Shown here piece by piece: positions 12,593-24,335 of a stretch of DNA of 64,000 nt (its first letter is position 1; every line of letters starts with the position of its first letter). The notes under the pieces are model-generated. The model did no database searches and was not told the origin of the DNA. It saw only the letters and a program-made list of their open reading frames with translations. The DNA lies in contig WELA01001020.1 in NCBI GenBank assembly GCA_009602735.1, forward strand, positions 234,356-298,355, given 5' to 3'. The position numbers and the translations under genes were made by a program. Source of the DNA: Mesotaenium endlicherianum. Its lineage: Eukaryota.

Positions 12593-15500
12593 ATGGCGAA
12601 GAAACGAAAAATTCAAAGTCTAACTAGTGATTCAGCAGTTGAGCCAGAAGCAGGTGCACTACCTGTACCTGCGCAGCGGCCAAATAAAAAGGTCAAATCT
12701 GCTGGACCGAAAGCCAAAGTTATCAAAGTCGAGAAAAGCAATGGCGCCGCTGAGCAACCTGTTGTTGCCAATAAGGGGGATGCTCCTCAGGTCTTTCATA
12801 ACAAGGAGAAAGTGCTGGTACTCACTTCTAGAGGAATTAATTACAGGTATGTTGCACATCGCTTTCCTCACATCGTTTATTTTTCTCTTCGAGATCGTCT
12901 ACCACCCACACAACGGTTGCTTCCCTTTCTTAGCCGTCACACAACATTGAGGATGTTTTTGTAGCGTTGAAGAGGCTCACGAAGCTGTGACAAGAAAAGA
13001 CAATTGAAGAGAGCTATGCGTGTGCCCCAGTCTTTATGATGTTTCACTCGTCTAGCAGTAGTAGTGCGAGGCACTCGGTTACCCGACAATGCATGTGACT
13101 GGGCCATGAGGAGGAAAAAGCAGCTGCAAAGGCTAGCAAGACCTGGCCCCTTCCTGCCGTAGTTTCAAGGTAGGTGTGGAAGCAGCACGGTTTTGGGGCT
13201 CTGCTTATAGAGGTTCAGAGTCAGTCTTGGGCAGATATTGTACGCAAAGACCAGCTTTCTTGTTCTTGCCCTTGGGGCTGGGTGGGGTTAATGTGATTCA
13301 TGTCCTGCCAAGGAAGTTGGGGCAGCACCACAAGAAGACAGTTTCCCACCAGCCACAACTAGAGAAGCCTGGCCGCATATAGCTTCCCCTCTTGCACGCT
13401 CCCCTCAAGTAAAAGGACAGAGGGAGACGTCCAGCTCATGCACGCTATCTGGAAAGGACCCTGCAGCAGAGCAGGAGCCCTGCAGCCTCCAGGCACAGCT
13501 CGGAAGGAGATGAGATTGGGAGTCTTGAGAGAGTCTGGGTAGAGGCTTGTTATTCAACTGTGGAGCATGCAGCGAGGTTGCCGAATTTGAACTTGCTGTG
13601 GCATCCCTGTTCTGGCTGGAAGCAGCTGAAACGATGCAGGCCAACCAACATCTGGTCGTTTCCTCGCAAAGCTCGAGAAAGAGAGAGTGTGAGGAGGATA
13701 GGATGAAAGGGAAGTACAGAGAGTGTAAGTACTGGCGCCATGTGACTCAGCTCGAAAGGGAGGGAGAGAGCGCGATCAGCGGGAGAGGGCGAGGGAGTAA
13801 GAGTACGAGGAGAGTGTGCAGGGGGCCATGACCTGGCCATTGGCGCAGTTTGATGACACGGTCACGCGCGTGTGTGGGTGTGTGCGTGTTGTTGGACCCG
13901 GCAGGTTCCGCCACTTGGTGACGGACCTGCAGCTGCTGCTGCCGCACAGCAAGAAGGACGCGAAACTGGAGAACACCAAGGAGAACCGCGCCGTGCTGCT
14001 CAACGAGGCGGCCGAGCTCAAGAACTGCTCCTCCTGCCTCTTTTTCGAGGTCCGTCGATCCGTCCATAGCTGCTGGCCCTTGCAGCGCTTACTCCTCCCT
14101 CTTCCCCCTTCCTCCCCCCCCCNNNNNNNNNNNNNNNNNNNNNNNNNNNNNNNNNNNNNNNNNNNNNNNNNNNNNNNNNNNNNNNNNNNNNNNNNNNNNN
14201 NNNNNNNNNNNNNNNNNNNNNNNNNNNNNNNNNNNNNNNNNNNNNNNNNNNNNNNNNNNNNNNNNNNNNNNNNNNNNNNNNNNNNNNNNNNNNNNNNNNN
14301 NNNNNNNNNNNNNNNNNNNNNNNNNNNNNNNNNNNNNNNNNCCCCCCCCCCCCTCCCCTCATACAGCTCTATGTGCTCGAGGCGTCTATTCACATCAAGA
14401 TGCACACACAGGCTCGTGCGCGTGCAAACACACACGCATACACACACACAATAGTGGCAGGGAGTGGGTGGATCCTCGGAGGAGGTGCTGCAGAGCAGCT
14501 GGCAGGAGTGCCTTGCAGTCGAGTCTGGAGGGCTGGCCCTTTTAGGGCGGGGTTCAGGGTGTGAGGCTCGAGCAGGGGGGTTTGGGGTTTGGGAGATGGG
14601 GGAGCAATCTGGTCCTTCCCTCTTCCACCTCGTGATCCTCTCCTCAGAGAGAATAAGTGGGAGCTCAAGGACAGATTACTGCTGCGTAACCGAAGGATTC
14701 TCCTGCGCTTACTGCTTTAAGTGGATGCACTATTGTGTCCCATGGCTGTCGGGAACAGAGCGCTGCTCACTCTGTCCCGGACTCTGGCGTAGGCCTAGCT
14801 TGGAATCTTGCCAGCCAAGAGGCAAGCACTGAAAACGATTGTTCCGTGGGCTGTCACGACTATGCTGCTGGTTATGCTGCGTTGTGGAAACTGGAAATCG
14901 CGGAGTACCTACCATTGGCTAGAAGTGCACATTTGCAATATGATATAGAGAATCAGTAATTTTTTCATGGCTTTTTTTGTCGTGACTCGGCTTTTTTTTG
15001 CGATCATGCCGGGATGCATTGCACCACATAGCCCCCTCCAGCTGTGAGCTATGAGCTGGAGGGAAGACAGCTAGAAAGGTTTCAACACGGTGCTACAGCA
15101 ATGTTCACGGGTGGCTGGTCTATACCTCACCCTGTTACCTCCTCCTCTCTGCCGGAATGGTAGCAGGCACTTCGCCTCCGTACACCATCTAGGTCCCATA
15201 GCCATGGGTGGTCCTTTAATATTCCGAAACAAGCCCCTGCTAAATGTGAAAGTGTGGGTTGTTTTGAGAAGAGAAGCTATTTGGGTTCTTTGAAAACTGG
15301 TGAGAGAAACTCGTGTCAGTACAGCTGCCTGTCTTGAAAGTAGGGGGGCGTGACGACGGGTGCCAAGCTCTAAGGACCCCTCGGTGCTCATCCCCGAGTC
15401 TTCCTCCGAGGAGTCGACAAGGATTTCGCTGCAATCGTTTCCCTTTTGATTCTGAGAGGCAGAGGCTTCACGCCCTCAACAGCCCATGAGCCTCTGTGAA

Positions 15501-18500
15501 GTAAGCAAGGGCATGGACCCGTGTGCACGTGCATTGTCTGTGTCGGCGAAAAGGAGTGCCATATGTTTGCGCCTCTCCCGGGGTGAAACTAGCTACCAGC
15601 CTTTGCACTGCGCGTGATTACACTAACTGACGTGCGTAGCACCACGCAAACAACTGATGCTATCAAAGGGGTCTGGCAAAGGACTTGCCTCCGTGAGCTG
15701 ATCAAAGGAATGTTGAGGATTTGAGTGAGAGATTGGTAGCAATCAAAGCCTGGGTCGACGGAGGGACAGAGGGGAACGTGCGATCAGAAGCTTTTTTGGG
15801 TGGGTGGGTGAGTGGGGAGGGGGGAGGGGGGCATGCACTCAATCCACGCCCGCCCGCCTGTGCACCTTTGTCTCCTCCTCCTCCTCCTGCAGCTGCTCCC
15901 ATCCTCCTCTCGTCTCTTGTCCTGCTCGGCTTCCAGCTCTGGCACGTAGGCACCTGGCACTGCACTTCGTCACGTGCTCCCCCTCTCCCTCTCCATCTTC
16001 CTCTTTGCGTGCATCTGTGTGTGGTGTGTGTGTGTGCGTGTATTAGAGCCGCGGCGAGGGTTTAGCGGCATGGAGGCAGGAACTTAGTAGGAAAGCTTCC
16101 CCTGGAAAGAGGGTGTGGGGGGGGGGGCAGGGGGGGAACGCAGATGAGGGAAGCTTTAGGAAGGCCCTCCTTAGAGGCTTATTGCGGGTGCTGTATGAAT
16201 ACATGCGTGAAGGCGGTGTCTTTAAAGGGCATCTCGTGTGTGTCCCTCCTCCCTGGCATGCCTGGAAAGACGGTGGTCCCTTACCTTCTTTTAAGCTGTG
16301 TGGGGCAGTTGGTGCTTGCAGACACGGAGAAGTCGTGCAACAGAGAGAGAGTGAGAGAGGGGGGAGAAAGAGAGTCAGCATCTGATGTGGCCCTCCTAAT
16401 GTCGTGGGATAAGCGGGAAGGACACGCGGGACTTGCAATGTAGCTTCTTGGCAGCTGGCTGTAGAGGGGGGGGAACTGCCCCTGGATGCTTGCGGCCACA
16501 CCAATCCCATCCCTCTCCTCTCTGAGCCCTGCTGTGGTTGCTGCTGCTGCTGCAACTGCGGGTGGGGGAGTGCAGGGGCGCAAGAAGCAGGACCTGTACA
16601 TGTGGATGTCCAAGACGCCCAACGGCCCCTCTGCCAAGTTCCTCGTCAGCGCAGGTGCCTTCCCCCTCCCTCCTCTCCCTGCTCCTTGCTCCCTTGTCGT
16701 CCCTCCTATTCGGCGTGCCTCGCAGTCTGGTCTGTGCTATCTCTTGGCTTGTCTCAATCTCCTGGCCTCTGTTGCTTCTTCACCAAAATAAAATTTGTCT
16801 GGGGGACGCGCACGGTTTAAGCTGCGCCGGCAGCCCGTGTCAAGAGCGGCAGGAGCAGCCACGGCAGATGCCTCGGGTTGGGCTCCCGTCTCTCCGTTCT
16901 CACCATCGCTTGCGGGGCACGCGCAGTGCACACGATGGCGGAGCTGAAGCTGACGGGGAACCACCTGAAGGGGTCGCGCCCCATCGTGACGTTCTCGCCC
17001 GGCTTCGACCAGCACCCGCACCTGCAGCTCCTCAAGGAGATGTTCATCCAGGTTGGCTGCTTGCTGCTGCAAGGCCCCTGCTTCTCCTCCCTCCGGGACC
17101 CCGCTCGCTCCTTCCCTTCCATTCTTCCTCCCCCTCCCCCTGCCTAGCTACTCTCCCTTCTGTGCCCGTGTGTGGGCGGGGGAGCGTATGCCGCTCTTGC
17201 CTCAGCCTGCGCAAGCTGGCGCTGATTGGCTCTTCCAAATGCTCTCCCCCCCCCCCCCCCCCCNAGGTGGCGGGCACACGCACTCCGTAGAGGGAGCAGC
17301 CAGCAGAGAAGGTGTTGCGGAAGGCCAGCACGGCCAGCGTGGTGTAGCCGCCTGCCGACCGCCCATCGATTGCCAGCCGCTTGCTGTCGGCCCTGCCGGC
17401 CGCCACCTGGCAGACAGGGGGGACAGAGGAGACGTCAGGATGCAACTACACACAGGCTCCCCTCCCTCCCCCCTTCCCCCTCTCTCTCTCTGTCTCACAC
17501 ACACACACACATGGAGCTGCATATGTGCTCCAATACGTACTCGTGCATGCAGGCACCCTGAGACCTTGAGCTTCTTCTTCTTTGGAAGTGCGACACCCTT
17601 GATGCTCTTTCAGTCGGTCCGTTCATCCACCGGGTCCTCCTCGGGCTGGTGGGTTGTGTCCTCTCTGGAAGAGGAACAAGGGGGTGGACTACTTGTGTGT
17701 GCAATATCTTAAATAGGAGGAGACTATCAAGTGCCTGGAGATGGGGATGGAATAGAGTGATGACCTCATTGCCAGCGTGTTTGCGTACTCCAGCTCTCTG
17801 TCTGTGGTGGAAGAGGCGATGATTTGTGCGGAGCCCTGTCCTCCTTGTCCTTCGTCAAAGTCAAGCAGGGCAATAGTGTGAGAATCACTGACATGCGAGC
17901 ATTGTCTATTCGTGGACTCTCCGCGGGTCTTCACCCCGCATGCGTGTGCGCGTGCGTGCTGGTTTCCCTGCGCAGGTGTTCAGCACGCCCCACCAGCACA
18001 GAAAGTCAAAGCCGTTCTTCGACCACGTGATGGCGTTCTCGCTGCTGGACAAGCACGTGTGGGTGCGCAACTACCAGGTGGGCGTGCACGCGCGCTTTTG
18101 TGTGTGTGTGTGTGTGTGCGCGTGCGTTGTACATGTCTGCCTGTCTGTCTGTGTCCACGCTCAAATAGCAGTGGCAACCAGAGCTTCTGTGCAGAAGAGC
18201 CGTCTCGTCGCTCTCACACCTGACGGTCTGTCTGTCGGCCTCTCTCCACCACGAGTGCCATAGTATGATGGCCACCATCTCTATCACTAGCTGCAGCAGC
18301 AGCAGGAGGAAGAGAGGGACGAGGCACTGTGCATGCGTGCTTGCCTTGAGGGAGGGGGGAGCGAGGAGGAGAAGAGGCTCTTTGTCTCCGAGACAAATTG
18401 CATTGCAACAGCCGTTATCTGCACTTGTGTGCGTGGCTGTGGTGTGCGCCCACGTGTGTGTGCCTGCATCGCTGCTGCTTCTGTTTGAGGTGTGCAAGCT

Positions 18501-21385
18501 TGCTCAGAAAACGACACCTGGATCTAAATGCAGGGACACCTCCACATGCAAGGTGCTGTGAATGGCACCGACATGGCAAGGAGGAGAGCAGGTGGGAGCC
18601 GAAAAGGCTCACTTGCTAATCCTACAAGGGTGGCTGCCGCTGCCTGCTGTGCGTGCTTTGCCTGGTCTGTCTGTCTCCTGGGTGGCTGCAGATTGTGGTG
18701 CCACATCACGGCACAGCGAAGCTGGAGAAGGGGGCCCTTGATAAGACGACGCTTGTCGAGGTGAGACCTCAGCTCCCCCGCCATCCGCTTCTCCCGTCGG
18801 CACCCTGCCTCTCTGGTGCTGAGGTGCTCTCATCATCAGCCATCGCCGTTTTGTCCTTGTCATCAGGGCCATGTCCCCAGAGCTAGCACGCGCACTCGCA
18901 CGTGTCAAGCAGTTTTGAGGAGCTGGTGCTCTCTCCCTCAGTACGCCTGGGTTGGCCGGCTCAGCCTCCCAAGCAAGGGCATGATGGGACGAGACAGCTG
19001 GCGGGTACTAGTTTGCCCGAGTGATGGTTATTAAACAAGTAGCCTATCCTCAGACGCCCAGTGTGCGGCTCCCCTCAACTGTCACAAAAACTCTGCCCCC
19101 CCCCCCCCCCCCCCCCCCTTCAGAAAGTGAGTGAGTGATTGGGGATACCAGATGCTGATGGAGCTGCCCTCCCGTGTTGCCAGCTGAGCTGCCTCTAGAG
19201 CTTGGGCAGCGGCCTGTGCACTTGCCGCGGTGGTGCAGGGAGAGGGGGCGGAGGTAGCCACCCCTTGGGCTTCTGTGCGGCCCCCCAGCAGTGAGTGGGT
19301 GGAGCGAGTGGTACCTACGCAGTTCAAAGGAAACTGTTGTTGCTGCTACTGCCGCTGTGTATGCGCTGCTTGTCTCTGTACACAGGCTGGTCCCTTATCC
19401 CGCGTCTCTTTCTCCCCCTCTCTAGTGTCTTTCCAGGTTGTGCATGTGCTACATCTTTTGAGGTTGGAGGGTTGTGGATGGACAGCTGCTTCGGGGTGTT
19501 TGATTGGGCCGCTGGTTTGTAATCTGATGCTAACACCACTTGGGAGCTTGTTCTGCGTGATGTGCCAGGTGGGCCCGAGGTTCTGCCTCAACCCCATCAA
19601 GGTGTTTGCGGGCAGCTTCGGTGGAGCGACTCTGTTTGAAAATCCCTTCTACGTCTCCCCCAACACGGTACATGCCCCTCCTTTGTGGGGTCATTGTGCT
19701 GTGTTAACCCCCCCCCCCCCCCCCCCNNNNNNNNNNNNNNNNNNNNNNNNNNNNNNNNNNNNNNNNNNNNNNNNNNNNNNNNNNNNNNNNNNNNNNNNNN
19801 NNNNNNNNNNNNNNNNNNNNNNNNNNNNNNNNNNNNNNNNNNNNNNNNNNNNNNNNNNNNNNNNNNNNNNNNNNNNNNNNNNNNNNNNNNNNNNNNNNNN
19901 NNNNNNNNNNNNNNNNNNNNNNNNNNNNNNNNNNNNNNNNNNNNNNNNNNNNNNNNNNNNNNNNNNNNNNNNNNNNNNNNNNNNNNNNNNNNNNNNNNNN
20001 NNNNNNNNNNNNNNNNNNNNNNNNNNNNNNNNNNNNNNNNNNNNNNNNNNNNNNNNNNNNNNNNNNNNNNNNNNNNNNNNNNNNNNNNNNNNNNNNNNNN
20101 NNNNNNNNNNNNNNNNNNNNNNNNNNNNNNNNNNNNNNNNNNNNNNNNNNNNNNNNNNNNNNNNNNNNNNNNNNNNNNNNNNNNNNNNNNNNNNNNNNNN
20201 NNNNNNNNNNNNNNNNNNNNNNNNNNNNNNNNNNNNNNNNNNNNNNNNNNNNNNNNNNNNNNNNNNNNNNNNNNNNNNNNNNNNNNNNNNNNNNNNNNNN
20301 NNNNNNNNNNNNNNNNNNNNNNNNNNNNNNNNNNNNNNNNNNNNNNNNNNNNNNNNNNNNNNNNNNNNNNNNNNNNNNNNNNNNNNNNNNNNNNNNNNNN
20401 NNNNNNNNNNNNNNNNNNNNNNNCCCCCGTCCTCACCCACTCTTTGTGTGCGCGCATGTTCTCTGTGTGGGCTTAGAGCTTCTGCAATGACGTCGTGGAT
20501 GATGATGGCGCTTCAGCACCGGGGAGTTGTGGTGTGGTGGGTGTATGTGCGTGTGCTTGCTGCACGGGAGAGTGAGAGGATCGGACCTTCGAGATGTGGG
20601 AGGGACGAGAACGACACGGAGAGCGGTACTCCGTACAGACTGGAGTGGAGCACCCAAGAGGGCAATGCCAGGGCACTTGAGGGGCATGAGAGCTCCGTGT
20701 GTGTGCATGAGAGGACAAATGGTTGCAGGGAGCATTGGTGGGGAGAGTGCTGCAGTTGCATGGAGAGGGGCATGCATTTGTCGCGCTCCCCGTGTCCTGC
20801 TCCCTTTTCCAGTGCAGTGTTGAAAAGGGCCCACATCAATTGGTAGTTGTGGTTATAAGGCCAAGGGGAGGGAAGAGGCAGAAGCTGGCAGCAATAGCTG
20901 TTGCAGACTCATGGCAGCAATTGCGTGATGTGCATGCACGTTGCAGTCCTTCAAGAGTAGGCTTGTACTTTCTGTGTCTTTGCTGCTGCGGTTGCATCCC
21001 TCTTCCTGCTTCTTCCTTAGCATGTGGGCTCTGATAAGACCCGCGGCCTGCACAAGTTGTCGAGGATGTTCCCGCATGAGCAGCTCCTTTCGTGCGCTGC
21101 TTTGGCCCCTCTAGGCTCTTGCTCCATTCCTGCACTTTGTCATCGTAAGAAGAAACGGGGAGGTCGTGCAACTGATGGGGAGGGAGCGGGGTGCCACTCT
21201 CTCTAAGTGGGTGCGCCTTGCAGGTGCGTGCCAACATAAAGAGGGCCAAGGCTGGCAAGTACGCTTCCAAGGTGAAGGCGAAGCAGAGGCGGAAGCAGCA
21301 CCAGGGAGCGTTCCCTGCGGAGGCGGACGAGTTTGCCGATCTCTGGAAACAAGGTGACGACGCTGGCGATGATATCGATGAATGA
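12593..21385 (+). CDS. BRX1: Ribosome biogenesis protein BRX1 (Brix domain)
   Basis: Exons 12593-12846, 13905-14049, 16576-16654, 16927-17051, 17976-18077, 18692-18760, 19569-19667, 21224-21385, all GT-AG and in phase. Hallmark motifs: KEKVLVLTSRGINYRFRHL, LLPHSKKDAKL, DLYMWMSKTPNGPSAKF, HTMAELKLTGNHLKGSRP, KSKPFFDHV, WVRNYQI, LVEVGPRFCLNPIKVFAGSFGGATLFENPFYVSPN. Confidence 0.97.
17284..17406 (-). pseudogene. Isolated exon of an S9 (prolyl oligopeptidase family) serine peptidase, antisense within BRX1 intron 4
   Basis: 123-nt phase 0-0 exon with CTGAC branch point, pyrimidine tract and CAG acceptor, and GTGCGT donor. Encodes VAAGRADSKRLAIDGRSAGGYTTLAVLAFRNTFSAGCSLYG, containing the GxSxGGY nucleophile elbow. 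No other exons of this gene recognised in the window. Confidence 0.8.
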
Positions 21386-22880
21386 CAGTAGTCAATGAAT
21401 GGCTGGTGCTGGATCTTTGCACCGTTTCAACGGTTGCTGAGGATCCTGGGAATAATGAAGTACAAATTTATGCTGTCTATACTTTTTGTTGTCTATGGTT
21501 GTGTTCTATATGTGTGTCTTAGAGGCATCACAGATGCAGCGCAATGCTTAAAAGTTTGACAAATGAAGTACTTTGCCTTGTGGTTTCTTTGTCTCGGAAA
21601 TAAAAGCGTGATCAGTTTAGAGATCAGGTCTGCAGAAGCACATGTTTGTTACCAACTGTGTAGTTAGGTTCAAGACGTGAAATTTTGAGCTGCTCTGTCA
21701 GCATTTTCAAGCAATTGGTGGCGAAGAGCACTATCATGTGCCACCCGAGTACGTGGGTGAACAACACCAGCTTCACTTAAATATAGAAAAATGACTCATG
21801 TGACTTGACAAGCATCAGCAGTTAGAGTCAGCATGTATCCGACTAGTTAGTGTCGAGACTCATCAAAAACATTGATTCTGTGAATAGCAGGACACAACAA
21901 AGTAAAAAAGCTTCAAAATCCTGTAATAAACAACCAATTGTTTCGAACGTACGAATGTCAGAATATTTTTTGAAAGTGCTCAAATTTGTACCCAGAGTGA
22001 GACCATGGGGGCACCCCTTTAAGGATATGGCAGGAAAACAAGGCACATATGAGAATAGGGATTGTATGACTAGCATCAATCATTAAGCGTATGCTGAGGT
22101 TGTATTTCAACGTTGCAGGGCATTTGACCACCGACATGTGAAAGGCTTCAAGACATATAATAATATCTCCACAGGAACCAAGCAAAGATGCTGGCAAAAT
22201 AACGCCCCAAAGGTAACGCAAAGTTCCAAAGCCTGGGAAAGAATAAGCGCACTCATGATTTGGTTGAGTGTAACAAATCAGAACATAGAAGAGCGGTTTC
22301 ACTCCGCACGGCAACATGACCCCCCTTGAGTCCCGCCAAATCTCCACGAATGTCGCTCTGCATCGAACTGGCATCATGTAGCATATTACTGGACGGTCTT
22401 GTATGGGTTGACTTTTTCACGAGTCGCTCCCAGCTTCCAGTCTCATTTAGTGATGAAGGCAGATGAAGGCCACATTTTCCGTAACTTTGGTCCTGCTCTA
22501 ACGTCAGTCCGGTCTCTTCCTAGGCTCTTTCTATTTGAAGCCAGCACATGTCGTTTCGAGTCACGGGACAAGTTGCAGGCTGCTCGAATGTTATATGTCT
22601 ACTTATATACTGTGGAAAGATAGGTACTGCTAACAGTCCAACATTGTGAAGGCAATGCCTTCATCACGTTTGCTCGCTGCTTCACAATAATGTAACAATA
22701 TTGTAGCCCTAGGGATGCAATGGGGTGATTGAGTAGGAACGACTGAGAAAAATAAAGGGTTTCAAATCCGCTGTAATTTGAAACCATCATGTCCAGCTGT
22801 ACACATCGCAAAGACCTTGCTAACAACCTCCTCCCTTTTTATTGCTCTTTCATATTATCATGTGAATAGGGCCCCATGAC

Positions 22881-24335
22881 ATGAATAGGGCCCCAGAGAA
22901 AGACGGACAAGATATGGACCACACCTTGGATGTTCTCGATGACATTATGCAGTCCATCCTGCGCCTGGCATCACCCCAGGGACATCAAGATGGCGCCTTG
23001 AAGCTCGTGTGTAAAAGATGGAGGAAGCTCCTGTGCGCCAGCTACAAGCGTGTGCGTCTCTTAGAGCTGGCACCAAGTGTGGGCGCCACTCTCCGCACCC
23101 TGCGCACATATCAGAACCTGACACATGTCAAGCTCAAAGGAAGGTTGTCTGGAGATAGTGAGAATGCTAAGCTTCTGAAAAGGCTTGCCACAGAGGAGGG
23201 GATGCCTCTCTTGAGGTCCTTCCACCTGGACTTTGTTTACCACGAAGGCGCGTTTTGTAAGCTTGCCTACTTCCTCTCCAGGAGGACCAGCCTTCAGACG
23301 CTGCAGCTCACCTTTTGCATGAGCCCAGGGTACAACTGGCAAGAAATTCATTCGCGCCTGGAGAATCTAGACTTCAGGGTAGTCTCGCGTCTCGAGCACC
23401 TGACACTCAGTTACAAAGGTCTCTATGGCCACCTCCATAGAGACGAGTGTCCCGACGAAGGTTGCTACGTACCGCTGAGCTGGACACTTGTCAGTCGCCA
23501 ACGTCGACAAAAACAGCTCCTTCCTGAGCTGAAGACATTCCACTTGCAGCTTCCTTCCCTTGCCCAGGTGCAGAATTTGCCCCCGGGGCTGGAAGAGCTA
23601 CATCCCTTCTCCAGCTTGGCAATCACTCTCTCTGGACACAACTTGCGCACGCCCGCCCCCTCCGAGTGGTTCCTCCTCCGCACCCTGGCGGCCATGAGCT
23701 CTCTGCAGGAGCTCTCTCTGAAGGTTGATCACGAGAGCTTTGGCGCATATCACCTGGCCACTCTGGCGAAGCTGCACTCGCTGAAGCGGTTGCACCTGTG
23801 CTTCGGCTACGCCTCTGCTCTGCCGGAGGTGTCCCGCCCGTTTGCGCGCCTGGAGGAGTTTGAGCTCACGCTGGAGTGGGGATCTCTTCCCCCGGGCCCA
23901 CTTCCTCGTGACTTTTTTAAGTTCACACCAAACTTGCACACCCTGAAGCTTTACTCACGCGTGGAGGTAGCGTGGCCTGCCCTTGCCTGCCTCACGCGGC
24001 TCACGTCTCTGACTGTAGATATAGTGGACCCTGACAGGGAAGACATCGAGGGATCGTTCTTCTGCTGCGATGTGGGCAGCCTGCCAGCTCTCCAGAAGCT
24101 GGAGCTGGGATGGTGCCGGCTGCTGCCCGCAATGGAAGGTCTCACAGCCCTTGGCGATACGACAGCTGTCTCTTGCTCTTGTTGGTGCAAGGATGGGGAC
24201 TCTCCTATCATAGTTAGAAGCTTTGCAGAGTATGTGAGGTCGCGCTGCAGCCGCCTGACACATGGCGGGGCTCGCCGGGTCTTCCAAGACTCCAGACGAG
24301 GAGGTCGGGTAGTGCCAGAAGAGGCCGCAGGTTGA
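22881..24335 (+). CDS. Intronless F-box-like / leucine-rich-repeat (RNI-like) protein, 484 aa
   Basis: Single long ORF. N-terminal F-box-like LDDIMQSILRL...LKLVCKRWRKL, then many LxxLxL repeats (LRSFHL, LQTLQL, LEHLTL, LQELSL, LKRLHL, LHTLKL, LTSLTV, LQKLEL). Confidence 0.85.
   Translation: MNRAPEKDGQDMDHTLDVLDDIMQSILRLASPQGHQDGALKLVCKRWRKLLCASYKRVRLLELAPSVGATLRTLRTYQNLTHVKLKGRLSGDSENAKLLKRLATEEGMPLLRSFHLDFVYHEGAFCKLAYFLSRRTSLQTLQLTFCMSPGYNWQEIHSRLENLDFRVVSRLEHLTLSYKGLYGHLHRDECPDEGCYVPLSWTLVSRQRRQKQLLPELKTFHLQLPSLAQVQNLPPGLEELHPFSSLAITLSGHNLRTPAPSEWFLLRTLAAMSSLQELSLKVDHESFGAYHLATLAKLHSLKRLHLCFGYASALPEVSRPFARLEEFELTLEWGSLPPGPLPRDFFKFTPNLHTLKLYSRVEVAWPALACLTRLTSLTVDIVDPDREDIEGSFFCCDVGSLPALQKLELGWCRLLPAMEGLTALGDTTAVSCSCWCKDGDSPIIVRSFAEYVRSRCSRLTHGGARRVFQDSRRGGRVVPEEAAG

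Noticed and set aside
14850..15500. AT-richer block in BRX1 intron 2 as a possible MITE or LTR fragment
   Set aside because: No terminal inverted repeats, target-site duplication or second copy identified in the window.
17757..17891. Possible intronic C/D snoRNA in BRX1 (GTGATGA ... CTGA)
   Set aside because: No terminal stem or convincing rRNA-complementary guide. The CTGA is better explained as part of a CTGAC branch-point-like motif.
19230..20846. Long ORFs running through N gaps (also 1789-2801, 48100-49134)
   Set aside because: Length is an artefact of untranslatable Ns.
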